64,000 nucleotides of DNA from Ascidiella aspersa. Lineage: Eukaryota. The stretch spans positions 25,916,001-25,980,000 of the forward strand of contig OZ004609.1 in assembly GCA_963924565.1 (NCBI GenBank), given 5' to 3'. Numbering within the stretch: position 1 is the stretch's first letter; each line of letters opens with the position of its first letter. Position numbers and translations under genes: made by a program. The notes under the pieces were generated by a model. It saw only the letters and a list, made by a program, of their open reading frames with translations, made no database searches and was not told the DNA's origin. Positions 40,101-52,100 of the stretch are shown piece by piece.

Positions 40101-43100
40101 GATTTTCAACTGCCCGGACTCGGCGGCCTGCTGTACGCTGTTTGACCCACTTTAAGGCACACCAGCACGTCGTTTGTGTGTCAAGATTTGTTGGATCTCG
40201 TGCTAATAGCCCTTATGCAGTGTTCTGAAGGGCGTTTTTGCCTTGCCATGTTACAATATGTCTCTCAGAAAGGATGAAAACGCATCCGGAGGTCGCCATG
40301 GTTGAAAATATTGCGATTTATCGCACCCACTTGGACTGTCAGGATTCACACCATACTGCTTCAGTCGTAACTTCTTTGCTATCCTCTTTTTAAACTGGCT
40401 TTTTCCAATCGGTTAAAATCGGCTGTTTTACGGATAAAAGCGGGACTTTGTAGATTTCAAATTTACCCTGAATAAATTAGGGATGTCCGATACTTGGCAT
40501 TCCGATACCGATACCCGATATTTTGGACAAAAAAGATCGCGATCCGATCCGATACCTAATGATGTCATTACCATGGTAAAACAAGCAAAATAGATAAAAT
40601 CTCCTGTTGTTGTTTGCTACATTATTTTTTCCTTCGAAGGCAGAAATCGCTGATTTAAATCAGAACTCATTGCTAAAATTCTATACTAATTATCGGACAA
40701 GTACCGACACTGAGAGCACCCCTAATTATAACCTTTAAAACAAACTCAAATGTTGGACAGACGAAGCGAAAGTGCTCAACCTGTTCCTACTCAACTCGGG
40801 AAAGAAGGAAGTGCAGGTTTCTTCGATACAAGCGCAGCCCGAAAACCCGGCGCTCAAGGTCGACTTCAGACCGATCAAGCTTAAGCCGTCCGAGGCGGTC
40901 TACACGAGGGTGGCCAATATCTCGTTCGACGGTAAGTTGACCACCTGTACTTGTGTGTTTCGGAGTTTAACGTTCTTTTCGTGGTTTAGAGTTGCAGCCA
41001 GTACTTCGTTTGTTTTTTGGTAGCTAGTTTTGGTGTTTTCATATAGACGGGCTACAGTGGCACCATATGGCTTATTACATTGACCCTAAGCGGTGTATGC
41101 TTTGTTTTTTTTGGTGTGCTGTTTTAGTGCAAGAAACCAATTGCCGAGAAGAAGTTTAAAATTTGTTTTACCAATAATGTCAATCCTTGACTTTGTTCAA
41201 AAATTAAAGTCAATCACTTTGGAAATAACGAATAATAATGCGTAATTAGGACATAGGATTGTGCGTAGTATACCGATGTCTGCGCTAAATACCCGTGTTG
41301 TGTGTTAAGCTTGTTTGCCTTACTAAAGTGTTGAATGCGCGCACGCCAAAAAGAAAGTAGTTTTGCCTTGTTTTTGTTTACTAACTATAGCTTTTAAAGC
41401 CTGAGAAATATATTTTAGCTGTTGGCGGCAGATTTCCATGGTTGACCGAACTGGTAATCCTTAAAACTATGGTGGAATTTGCTTTCCTTGCTTGCGAAGC
41501 AGTTCGTGTTGTCTGGCATGTTTGTTACAGGGCGAGAAAACAAATAATCGGCGTGTATGGCTTCCCCTGCATTGTAAGCCGACGAGTTCCTGTTTTGGTT
41601 CGAATAGGCGGAAATTAGTTCCACCCGATGGCTAAGAGCGATAGACACCCCTACGATGGATAGTGTGATAAGTGTTAAGCATCGTTTCTTCCTTAACCGT
41701 GTATGCAAAATAGGAATGCACCGATAGCCTTAGTTTTTAAAACGTGAACCGCGCATCACTGTTGGTCTTCTGCTGATGCAACTTCCTTGATTCGAGTTTC
41801 GCCTGCCGGCCGCCAGGCCGCCCACATTGTGTATTGTTGTTATCTTTCTATAAAGGCCACGCCGGCAGCTCTATTACGTCATCATGTGCGCTATGTGGCG
41901 TGATCAGAAGCGTTGGAACAAACACAATCACACAAACCCGCCCTCTCTGTTTGCGAGGCGGCCTGACCGTTTGCCGTTTGTTTAAAGCCGTGGAGCGTTC
42001 TTAGCGTTCTAGTCAAGCGTTCTGTTTTATCCAAAATGGGCGTGGCAACGAATCTTATTCCTCGAATGTTATTTTATCACTAAAAGTTTGCCGAGGTTCC
42101 GTGTCACCAACTAGTTAACTCAGGGGACGGCAAATACGGGGTCGCGACCCAAATTTAGGTCGCGGGACCATTAAGTTTGGGTCGCGAATGCCTTAATATA
42201 TTTTAATAGCGGGCTGTATTTCGTAAGTTTTTAATTGTTTTATTTAGGAAACTAAATTATATACAAAAGAGACGTCTTACTCTGAGCGCGGCTAGCATCG
42301 TCACGCGAAATATATACACCAAGTCCAGTGAAATGTCGTGAGACTTTCGTTCGATCCAGGTGTGGGAAAAGAGCGCTGGCAATCTAACACTATTTTTGGT
42401 CATTACTGCAACATCAAACTAATCTGCTTAGCCGGAATCTGGGTTTACTTCCTAGTATGTTTTTCTTAAAAAACTTTCTTTTACTTTTTAGCCCGTTTTC
42501 GTTAACCAAAGCGTCGTAAGAACGTTACTCTGTAAAAATTAAAACCTGCAAACCTGAACCAGATAAATATTTTTTTGCTTAACGCAATAGCTAATAAGCA
42601 CTATTGTCTCTAATAATATTAATTATTTTGCAAACACAAACTGCTTAACCAGGTTATGTAGTTTTCACAAACTTTTACGATATAAACAAGCTATTATAAG
42701 ACGCTTTACGCGAATCTTTATGGTTAATGCGTTTTCTATATACATCTGTGGGACACTAACGTGATGCGAAAATATATTATTTTTTGTGAAGCGGCGACCA
42801 TCTTTCTAAATGAAAAGTTTTGCTAACTAAATGCAGGCTATTTGGTCACGCTTGACGTGCATTGAGTTAGGCCGGACAAAGCAGGGTTATTTGACGTTCT
42901 TGTGCTAAGATGTCGTGTTTCAGCTTATAATGTTAAGTTTCCTAAAAGAATTGCCGGGCATTTTTAGTGAGTCACGCCAAAAAGCATAACACACCTTGCC
43001 AGTAATTATTGCACTAAGCTATGTAGCGGATGTGGTTTGAAGGGGTTATGGCGGGGAGTTAATGGGGCTGCAACCTAAGGAACACATATTGATTGTTAAA

Positions 43101-46100
43101 ATATATTTGTCATACGAATGAGACATCACACGTAAGGCTTTTATTCAGTGGTGTTACAGAACCCTTTCATATAAAAAAAAACGCATAACACAGACTTGTC
43201 CTAATAAATAGAGACACAATAAGTTACTGTGGTGCTTTTTATTATAAAAACATCTCGAAAAGTATTTGTGTCGCGAGACCTTGGTAGTAGTAATTTAGGG
43301 TCGCGCCCAAAAGTATTTGCGGACCCCTGAGTTAACTAACTAAAGAGTTGTGTTAGTTACTAAGGATTTGTCACAGTATCTATTATAACAAGTTTTTCTT
43401 TGTTTGGGTTGTGAAAGCCTTAATTCCCCTATAAAACTATAAATTAATCCCCAATAAAACAGAAAATATGTGCCCAAGGTTTTCAAGAAGTTGTTCCATT
43501 CTAATATTAGGCTGTTTTTTCTCCAGGTGTAAATGTTACGAATCTCGTACCTCTACTGTTATCTTATCGGTTATCACTAGAGACTAACTATAAGGATTTG
43601 TCTTGCGACCAATCACAGTATCAATTGAAACGAGTTTTGCTTTGTTTTGGTTGTGAATTCGTTTATAATAATAATCCTTTTAAAACAGGAAATGGGTGCC
43701 CAGGGTTTTCAAGAAGTTGCTTCATTCTAAAATTAGGCTGTTTTTCTCCGGTTGTAAATGGTAAACCCACGAGAAACGGACAATGAGTGTTTTAATCCGC
43801 GATCTTTCTCCTATATTGAAATCGATTTGCTCAAAATTTCGTTGTTTATAAATCGGTCAAGAATTTTTGCAAACCTGTTTTTTTCACCGACGTTCAAGAG
43901 TAAACTGTCAGCCCTGCCGCGGTGCGTAGTAAATCCCCATGTTTTTAGGCTGTTAGTCAAGGTAATTTATTAACAGAATACAACCTGAAAAAAGCACACA
44001 CTATAGCGACCGCAAGCTTTTCTGCAAACAGCCACGCTTGACTGACCAGTAGCGCGCTTTTGTTGTACAAAGTGTACATTTTGTTGATTAATATAAGGAT
44101 TCTTACCTGTTTCTCCTAATACGCCCACGGGTTTTATGCTTACTTAACCACCTTTTGCATAATTTAAAAAATGTGCCGTTCACATCGTAAAATGTTTGCC
44201 TCTATGCGTTTAGCAGAAGGTTTATCAGAGTTTCGAGTTTCGGTCTCCCTCAAGCGCCGGGTTATTTTACAAGGCTTCTGGTGAATTCCAAGTGGTAGAA
44301 ACTAGCCAAAGTCCCCGCTGGGCAATTGCGTAGTAAAACAACCAATATTTGTTTTTAAATTGCTGCCTTAAAACAAACTTAAAATCGTAAATACTTGTAC
44401 AAGTATGCTTACAAAGGATTTCTATAAATAGTGTTTTTTTGTCTCAATTGCTAGTACAATTGTTTATTTGGACTGAAATTTGATTTATGCGTATAACAAA
44501 TGTGTTGTTTTTACCACGTAAAAGATTTGATGGGTTCGAAGTGATATCCCAATACGCAGAAACTGGATTTCAAATCTGCCTTTAAAGTTTACATTTTTTC
44601 AGGAAGGCTTTAGTAAAAATGATTACACTCGACCTCGGACACACCAAAATATATGTTGAAAACACTATCACTTTGCATAAAAGGATTATTGTTGGTAAAT
44701 GTAACCTTGAATTTTCACAGTTCGACCTGTGACGAGCGAATCACAGTGGAGTGGAAAAATCATCATCCGAACGAAAGAAAAGAGCTATGCAAAGATCTCA
44801 ATTCCATACCAAGCCAACATTTTAAACGGGTACGCTCGTGTTTTAGCGATTTTATGTTTACCAGCACAAACACTGTCGTGCACTTTCTTTTTTTAACGAT
44901 TAGAAATACAATATGGCTAAAATTAGACTTCGACTTAACAGAGGTCAGAGGTACCTCGTTCCAACATCGATTTTTTGGTAGAAAAATTTGCATATTTAAT
45001 AAAAATTCTAAATATAGTATTGTTTTTGACTTTAGTATCTTTCTAAAAAAAAATTCAAGTTGCCTGTAACGCTTAGGTAGACAAGATCACAGAATAGATT
45101 TTGCCAGTAATGATAACCCTGGCATCGTTTTACACTTTTTATAGAAACGAAAGCGAGTGTGCTACGAATTTTCGAACTTGGAATTTGTGTCAATCGTTCC
45201 TTTTTTATACCGAGAGGATTGAAAACTGTATTTAAACGGCAAAACATCACAAAGTCCCGATTTTTGCGCAGTACAATAGGCTACAACGAAAGTGACACCT
45301 TCTTCCACATTCCGACCAAGTCGAAGACGCCACCGTCGGGCTTAGTTCGTCACATTGCGCTCACCAACACGTTCGATTTCCCGGTGATTTTGCACAGACT
45401 CGAGCTGCCGGACGACGCAACGTCCTTCTATCAGGTCAGCATTGGTGGTGTCCGATAGTGTTTCTTTGGTGAAAATGTCCAATGCAAAGTCGTACAATCG
45501 TTACCCGCCATTAGGGATGTAAATATCGGATCGGATACGATACCCGATACCAAGTTAAAGTATCGGCACTCATCCGATACGTATTGGTTTCGAATAAAAT
45601 ACGAAGATATCGACACTCCTTTAGTTCGAAGAGTCTACGCCTGCATCCGTCCGTCAAAAACCCGCGGTTCTGCGCTTGTAACGTTATGCTTGGCGCGTAA
45701 GGTGAAATCACGCGATCGCCTTGTGGAATTGTTAAAGTGTGTAGTGTACTGCGCCGCTCGATTGGTTTTGGGGCGAGGATGGTATTCTTTATCGAAAGCA
45801 AAGGGTAACATTCCTGCGGCACACTTCGGATTTGGAAGCGAGTTGAAGCAACAGCCGCCGTTTTCTCCCGACTTCCCTCTCACAGTTTCACGCATTGTAG
45901 GCGATTCTTTATCGCTTTGAACTCCTAGTGAAATATTTCGTCAGTTAAAAGCCTCCATAGTAAAATTTTCGGCTCAAAAGTATACTACTTACCATACCTA
46001 CCAATGTTGTAAGCAAGACGTTTTAAGATGACTGAAATTCTATTGAATAACTTCTGTCAGAATGTAACCTATCAAAATTTGTATTCAGGATAAATAGAAA

Positions 46101-49100
46101 CTGCGGTTTTAAAATGGCCACGTTATAAAACATATGTATTACTTATAAAAAATAAGGGGTTCTGAATCGTAGTCGATGTCAAAATCGGTCTCTGGACTCG
46201 ACGAAGTCATTTTTTTGTGGAAGTAGGATCGGTGCTCGAATAAGACTACCCGAATCCCGAAACCCGAATCCGATGTGCGCATGCGCAGTAGCAAATTCAT
46301 AATATGTAAGGCCACAAACTGTAACTGTTAAGGGGGGATATCATGTGGTTGAATATTTTCCAACCACGTTTTGATGCGTTAGGTGACACCGTTGTTGGGT
46401 GTATAGTATCCACTCTATTTAAGTTACGTAAATAGGTGGAATACAAGCTTGTATATTCACGGCCGGACTAGAGTTTGTTTTTTTCGGTGGGAATCCAGCT
46501 CGGGAATCGGTCACAGGCTGTTTTTTTACATTTAAAACTCACCCCAAAACTAGCACCAACTCCACCAGCTAAACATCATATGCCAAAATCCAGATCAGCG
46601 ACTTCGATTCTCCTGTGACGATCGGGAGCCAGGAGACAGCCGCTTGCTTCACGCTCAAGTGCGACGCCGACGCGGTGCGCGCGCACGGTCACCATGGCGA
46701 CGAGCACATCAGTATCCTCCACGAGCTGGTCCTCCACACAAACGTGTCCACCTTCTCCCTCCCGCTGCAGATCTTCACTGGATTCCTGAAGGTCGGTCTT
46801 GCCAGTAATTCTGTCATTGTTGACATGACTGTTATTCCTCTGATCATTCGTAAAAATCTAAATGTTACCGGACCTATTTTTTTTCTCTAAAAAAGTGTGA
46901 TTTGTCGCGTAAGGTTAGTTTGAAAATTTAAATCAAAACATTTTTTTAATACTTCTATCTTTGCGAATGTTGGACTCGTTTTGAGGCAAGTTCCTCTGTC
47001 TTTGCCAGTAATTCTGTCGTGGTTTACCGATTTAAGCTATCGTCCCTCATACAGACTGTTCCTCTCGATTGTTCGTAAGAATGTAAAGTTTATCGAACCT
47101 ATTTTTGTTTGTAAAAAAGTGTTTAAAAATTTAAGTGTTAACTAATTTGCCGCGTAAGATTAGTTTATAAATAAAACTCTAAATATTTTTTTAATACTTC
47201 TATCATTGCGATTTGCGATTGTTGGACTCGTTTTGAGGATAGCTTCCTGGATCCTCGGTTTTTGCCAGTAATTCTTTTATCGTTTACCGTTTCAAGATAT
47301 CTTCCCCCATACAAACTGTTCTTCTGATTGTTTGTAAAAATGATCGTTAATCGGTGTTGTGTTCATTTAGGGTATTTGATGTTGTCATTTGCTAAACTTT
47401 GCAGTTAACACGATTTGGTTCTTGTAAATTTCTAGCTAATGCGATCATTCTTGATGCTCGCATTATACGAATTTAAACGTGTTTTTGCTCGGGAGTACCC
47501 GAAAAATTTGTAAAAACAGCGCTTACTTTTTAACATCGCATATTGTTTGCGTATGTGTCACCGTTGCCACCTCTTGTCGTTTCTAAAACGTTCAAGGCAT
47601 GTTAGTCACACACAGCAACCAACACCAGCATTGAACCCGGAAATACATCTGTTGGAAGCTTGGTCCAGATCAGCAAGGCGTACTCTCTTGTACGAAAATC
47701 GCGCACAATAGTGCAAACACAAAGAGCGCTGTACCGAAACCCGGCCACCGACGCCGCAAATTGTAGCCGATCCCGTATATGCTGCTTGCTTCGCGACGAT
47801 ATGATTCGCTCTGCGAGACCGCTCCTCTTTGTTTGCTTGTCTTGTTAGCTCTGTCGCCTTATTTTAAGGGCTATGTTTTCTCGGCAAATGTAAGCGGGGT
47901 CTTTTTGCACACAAAGCGAAAGTGGAAATTTCCATTAAAGGTTTTAGCCGAAGCCCTGGGCCTTGACCAATATTTTTGACAATGATATACGGTAGTTTTG
48001 CTTCAGTGCGCTTGGCGCTTTTCAGTGCGCTTTGGTTTTAAGGTTTGTAAAAGGCGTCAAACATCAGTTTTTTGCATGGCTATCGGTTAATGGTATTTAA
48101 CATCATGGTTGACTCTCGTTTGCACAGTTATATACATTTTCAGTTAAGTTCTGGTTGTTTTAACATTAGTTCCACATAAAACTAATGTCTTTGTCAAATG
48201 ATTTAAGGCAATTGCTATACGTAGGTTAAGTAATCTTGTCGCTGTTTTTTTTTTGTTTTACGTAAATAGCACGGATCATTGAGTTTGTTTTCGGTTATTT
48301 AATTATTGACTTTTGATGCCATTATAGTCTATGCTTCCTAACTATTTGCTGATTTTTTTTAACATTTGGCTCTTTTCAGTTCAAGGTGGCGTCGGGAAAC
48401 GTGCAGGACCTCGACTTCGGCATCATGAGCACACAGGACCGACGCGAAGTGCTGCTTCAGGTCTTCAACCATAACCCTCTGTCGGTAAGCAACCCGTGCG
48501 CACTGCCCGACTGCGCAGCCCCCGGCGCTCCACCGCCTTTTTGCGGTTTTCAATCGCTTTTCAAACCTCTCCACTCGCGAAGAAAGCGCTTCTATGGTGA
48601 TGTACCATCAGCAAGAGTTATACTGCTGCCGGTGCACACCAATACTTCGTATATTGCTTGGAAAAGTCATGGCTAGTTTTAAAGGGAAGCTAGCGTGGCG
48701 CAGTGTAGTTTAAAAAGCAACGCGCTTTACTGGATTCCCCCCCAAAGATGTTGTAAGCACTTAGCAAATATCAAAACGTTTAAAATGTCGTTTAAGCAAA
48801 ACACCATGGTCTAATAAGCAGGAAAACGAACGAATTCAGTTCCTATATATAACTACTTAATAAGCGAAATATTTCACCACATTTCCCAGCATACATGTAA
48901 CGAATTGTTTTAAACTGTGGCGTTGTCAGTTTCGTTTTATATTCTAAAAAACCTGCCTAATGGGTGTAATTTCGGCTTTGCCGCCAAGTTTGCCAAAACT
49001 TTTGTTATGAATGAAACAAAAAATACTAAATGACCGCGTTATTTTTATGCGCGCAGTCTATTTAGAGCGTTGTATAATTAAGCGCAGTCAAATGTATGGG

Positions 49101-52100
49101 CCCAGTTTATTATTGTACACGCGCGTGTATATTGCCGGATATTTTGTTAGCGCGTCACGCCGACTTCCGTCAACGACGTGCAAAGCAAGCACTGTATACT
49201 TGGAAGAAGACACGTCACGCAGAAACGCACAGTCGCAATCTTTTCCCGGTTTTTAAAAAGCGCTGTTTCCTATGATGTTGACATTACGATGCTGAAAATT
49301 ACTGTCCGTTTGCCGCACTTTGAATATTTCTTTATCGAAATCCTTCGGTTGCTTTGAAAAGCTTGTACGTAAATTTTCCCGTCGTTTGGAAGCTAACAGT
49401 AAAATGAGTGATTCGTAACTAAAAGTTTAAACGTCCGCCCCGGCGCTAAAGCAAAAAATACTTGTTAATTTTTAAAGATGATAAGGTTTTTTCTGTTTTT
49501 TTTATTGATATGCTCACACTGCCTAGAGCAGCGGTCGCAAAGTTATGGCCCGAGGGTCAGATTTTAAAAATGTTGTCAGATGTAATTCTAAACTGAACAT
49601 TAATGACATTTTGAACTACACTACACTTTATTAGGACTTGCTACATTTTTTAGTTGCATAGTTATTTATACATCCTTCGTTTAACAATAATAGATTTATT
49701 AATAATACAACTTGACACAAAACTTCATATCCGGCCCGGGATCGTCAATCCATGCAATTATCCATCCGGTCCCGTTCGTCAGGCAGCAAAGTTTTCCGGC
49801 CCTTTATGAAAACAGTTTGGTCTCCTAATCTCCTATCAAAGGTTCATTTGAAATATTTCGCCTTGAAGTAAAAAACTGTTTAGAAATTGAATAAAATTCC
49901 TATAAAACAAGCAATTATCTTGGCTAGACTGTAAACCCCTAGCAAGTTAATATCTCTGGATTCTTGGGTAAACCGCCTATGAAAGAAAATCGTTCATAAT
50001 AGTTAAATGCAAAGCACGAATATCGACCTTATTGTGACCTCTAAAAAATTGCACCATTCTACCCGCGCGTCCCTTGGGCTGGAACTTTACAACAATGCTT
50101 AGTAGCAAGCTTCCCTCCATTGTTACTTCGACGTGTGTATATATAATATGTTATATATGCATTTTTACTTTGACCTGATTAAGCAAGGTTGTCCAAAAGA
50201 TTTTCAATAATTCTATACAATTTGTCTATATAGTGCCCCTTGATTACCCTTTATATATTTATACACACTACAGATATCGCTGCTGAACATCAACAGCACT
50301 GTGAAAGGGGTCAGCGTACGGCTTCTCTCGCTCAGCACGGGCACAGGGGAAGAGATTGAACCCACTCAACTCAACGCGCATTTTCCGAAAGTAAGTCGCT
50401 TTTTGTGGTAGAGAACCTTCAGATACCCCTTGGATACCCCAAATAGCTATGGGAAAATAGCGAGAAAGAAACTGCATTTTTGCGCTTGTAAAATCCTGGT
50501 TTCATGTTGACACAAGCAACCCGGTTCGTTATAAACGGATTGTTCTGTAAACACGTGCTGTATCTAAATGAAATCCAAAATGTGTATCTATAGTCATTAG
50601 TAAATTACCACAAAAGTTCTTAACAGTTGCTAAAATGAAAACAAATGGGTCTTTAAAAACCCTTGTTATGATATCTTTAACCGAAAAAAAAAAAAAACTT
50701 TAACCGAAAAAAGAAATTTAGCCTTCTAGCTTTCTATCGCATTCATTTACAAGTTGCTCCCTGTGTGTTCTTGCCTGATTCAGCAATCCTACCATTTTTT
50801 AGGGTTTTTTGAGCAGCATAACTAAAATTTAAAATAACTCAGCATTTACCCTATACTATATTATATTTACCTATGTTTACCTGTATTACCGCCACAACAA
50901 AAGGTTAAAATGCTTACCTTCTGCCTTGCGCAGTTTGTAACTCGGACCCTACCTCCGTGGCAGCACCTGCTTCCTTGTGGAGACCGGTTTTCAAGAGGAC
51001 TGGGCTCACACCACTACTGACTTGTTCAAAAATTCCCGGCCTCTTCTTGGCCAATGGGAAGAATCGAGCCACAACCCTTAACTGTTTTCTTTACTTTTCT
51101 TACTTTCTCTTATTTAACTTCACCAGTGGTTAACATTTTTTTACACCATCTGCTGAAGCGACCATTTTAATAGACGCCTGATCGCTTCACCGCTTTTGGT
51201 TTCCTTCAACTCGTAAAAATACGTTCCTTTTCTCGCAGTTCGTCTTGCCTCCCGATTCGTGCGTGTCGTTCCAAGTCGAACTGGAGGCTCCCGGCGTTGA
51301 GACGTTGCTCAACGGAACCCTCAATCTCTACACGAAGTTCGAGGTGAGACTACAAAGTCAAGCGCCGTTGCCTTGCACATTGATATGCTCTTCAAACACT
51401 AAACCGTCGTTATACGCAATAACATGTTAAAAAGAAGCGCGGTGTGGTGACCATACTAATCTTAAAATATATTTTAAGGTCGAAAAATATTACCGGGCGC
51501 CTTTTAAACAAAACTTAACTTTTTCGGTTAGTGCATCAATCGTCAAGTCACTTCGACAAATCCTTTTGTTGTAAAAAATAATAATAAAAAAACATTTATG
51601 CCGGTAAATTAAAAAGTAACACACCTGACAATTCCCCGATACCAGCAAGATAAAGATAAAAGTGGTGATTCTCTTCCCTTATAAACTATTTTAAAGCTAC
51701 CATGCTTATGAATTTACGTATGCGTTGACCCGCGTTTTGCTGTTAAAAGTTTCCGACTCTACAGTGTCGCTTTGCTTTTTAATATTCCACTGAGATTGTG
51801 TCGACCCAATCTCTCGTCATTTTCCAATCAACTCTTACAACAAACGAAAGAGCCAAATAGCCAATCCTATTTTAACAAGCCTATTCTTTAACACAGGCTT
51901 ATTTGACAGTATACGTGTTTTAGTACTGCGTTAATCGTCTTGTAAACTTAATCTAATTATAAAAATCTAGATTCCTGAGAGTCCACAAAATAATCAGTTG
52001 TGTGCTGCGGATGTTCTGTGTCCCTTTTAATCGATTTTACCGACTCGCAGGTTTTGAAGATAGCGATTCACGCGAAGATCGCCATTGGCGCTTTGACCAT

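Noticed and set aside
43527-43640. Strong-looking acceptor (ttttttctccag) with an open frame in TMEM131 intron 11
   Set aside because: No TMEM131 homology, part of a tandem duplication, and the true exon lies at 44721.
44653-45069. 138-aa ORF overlapping TMEM131 exon 12
   Set aside because: Wrong frame; the homologous frame (SQWSGKIIIRTKEKSY) is bounded by splice sites at 44721-44829.
50940-51030. HDV-like or twister ribozyme
   Set aside because: Loop-like TCCTTGT/CCTCCGTGG motifs are present, but P1/P2 pairings and the catalytic junction could not be built.
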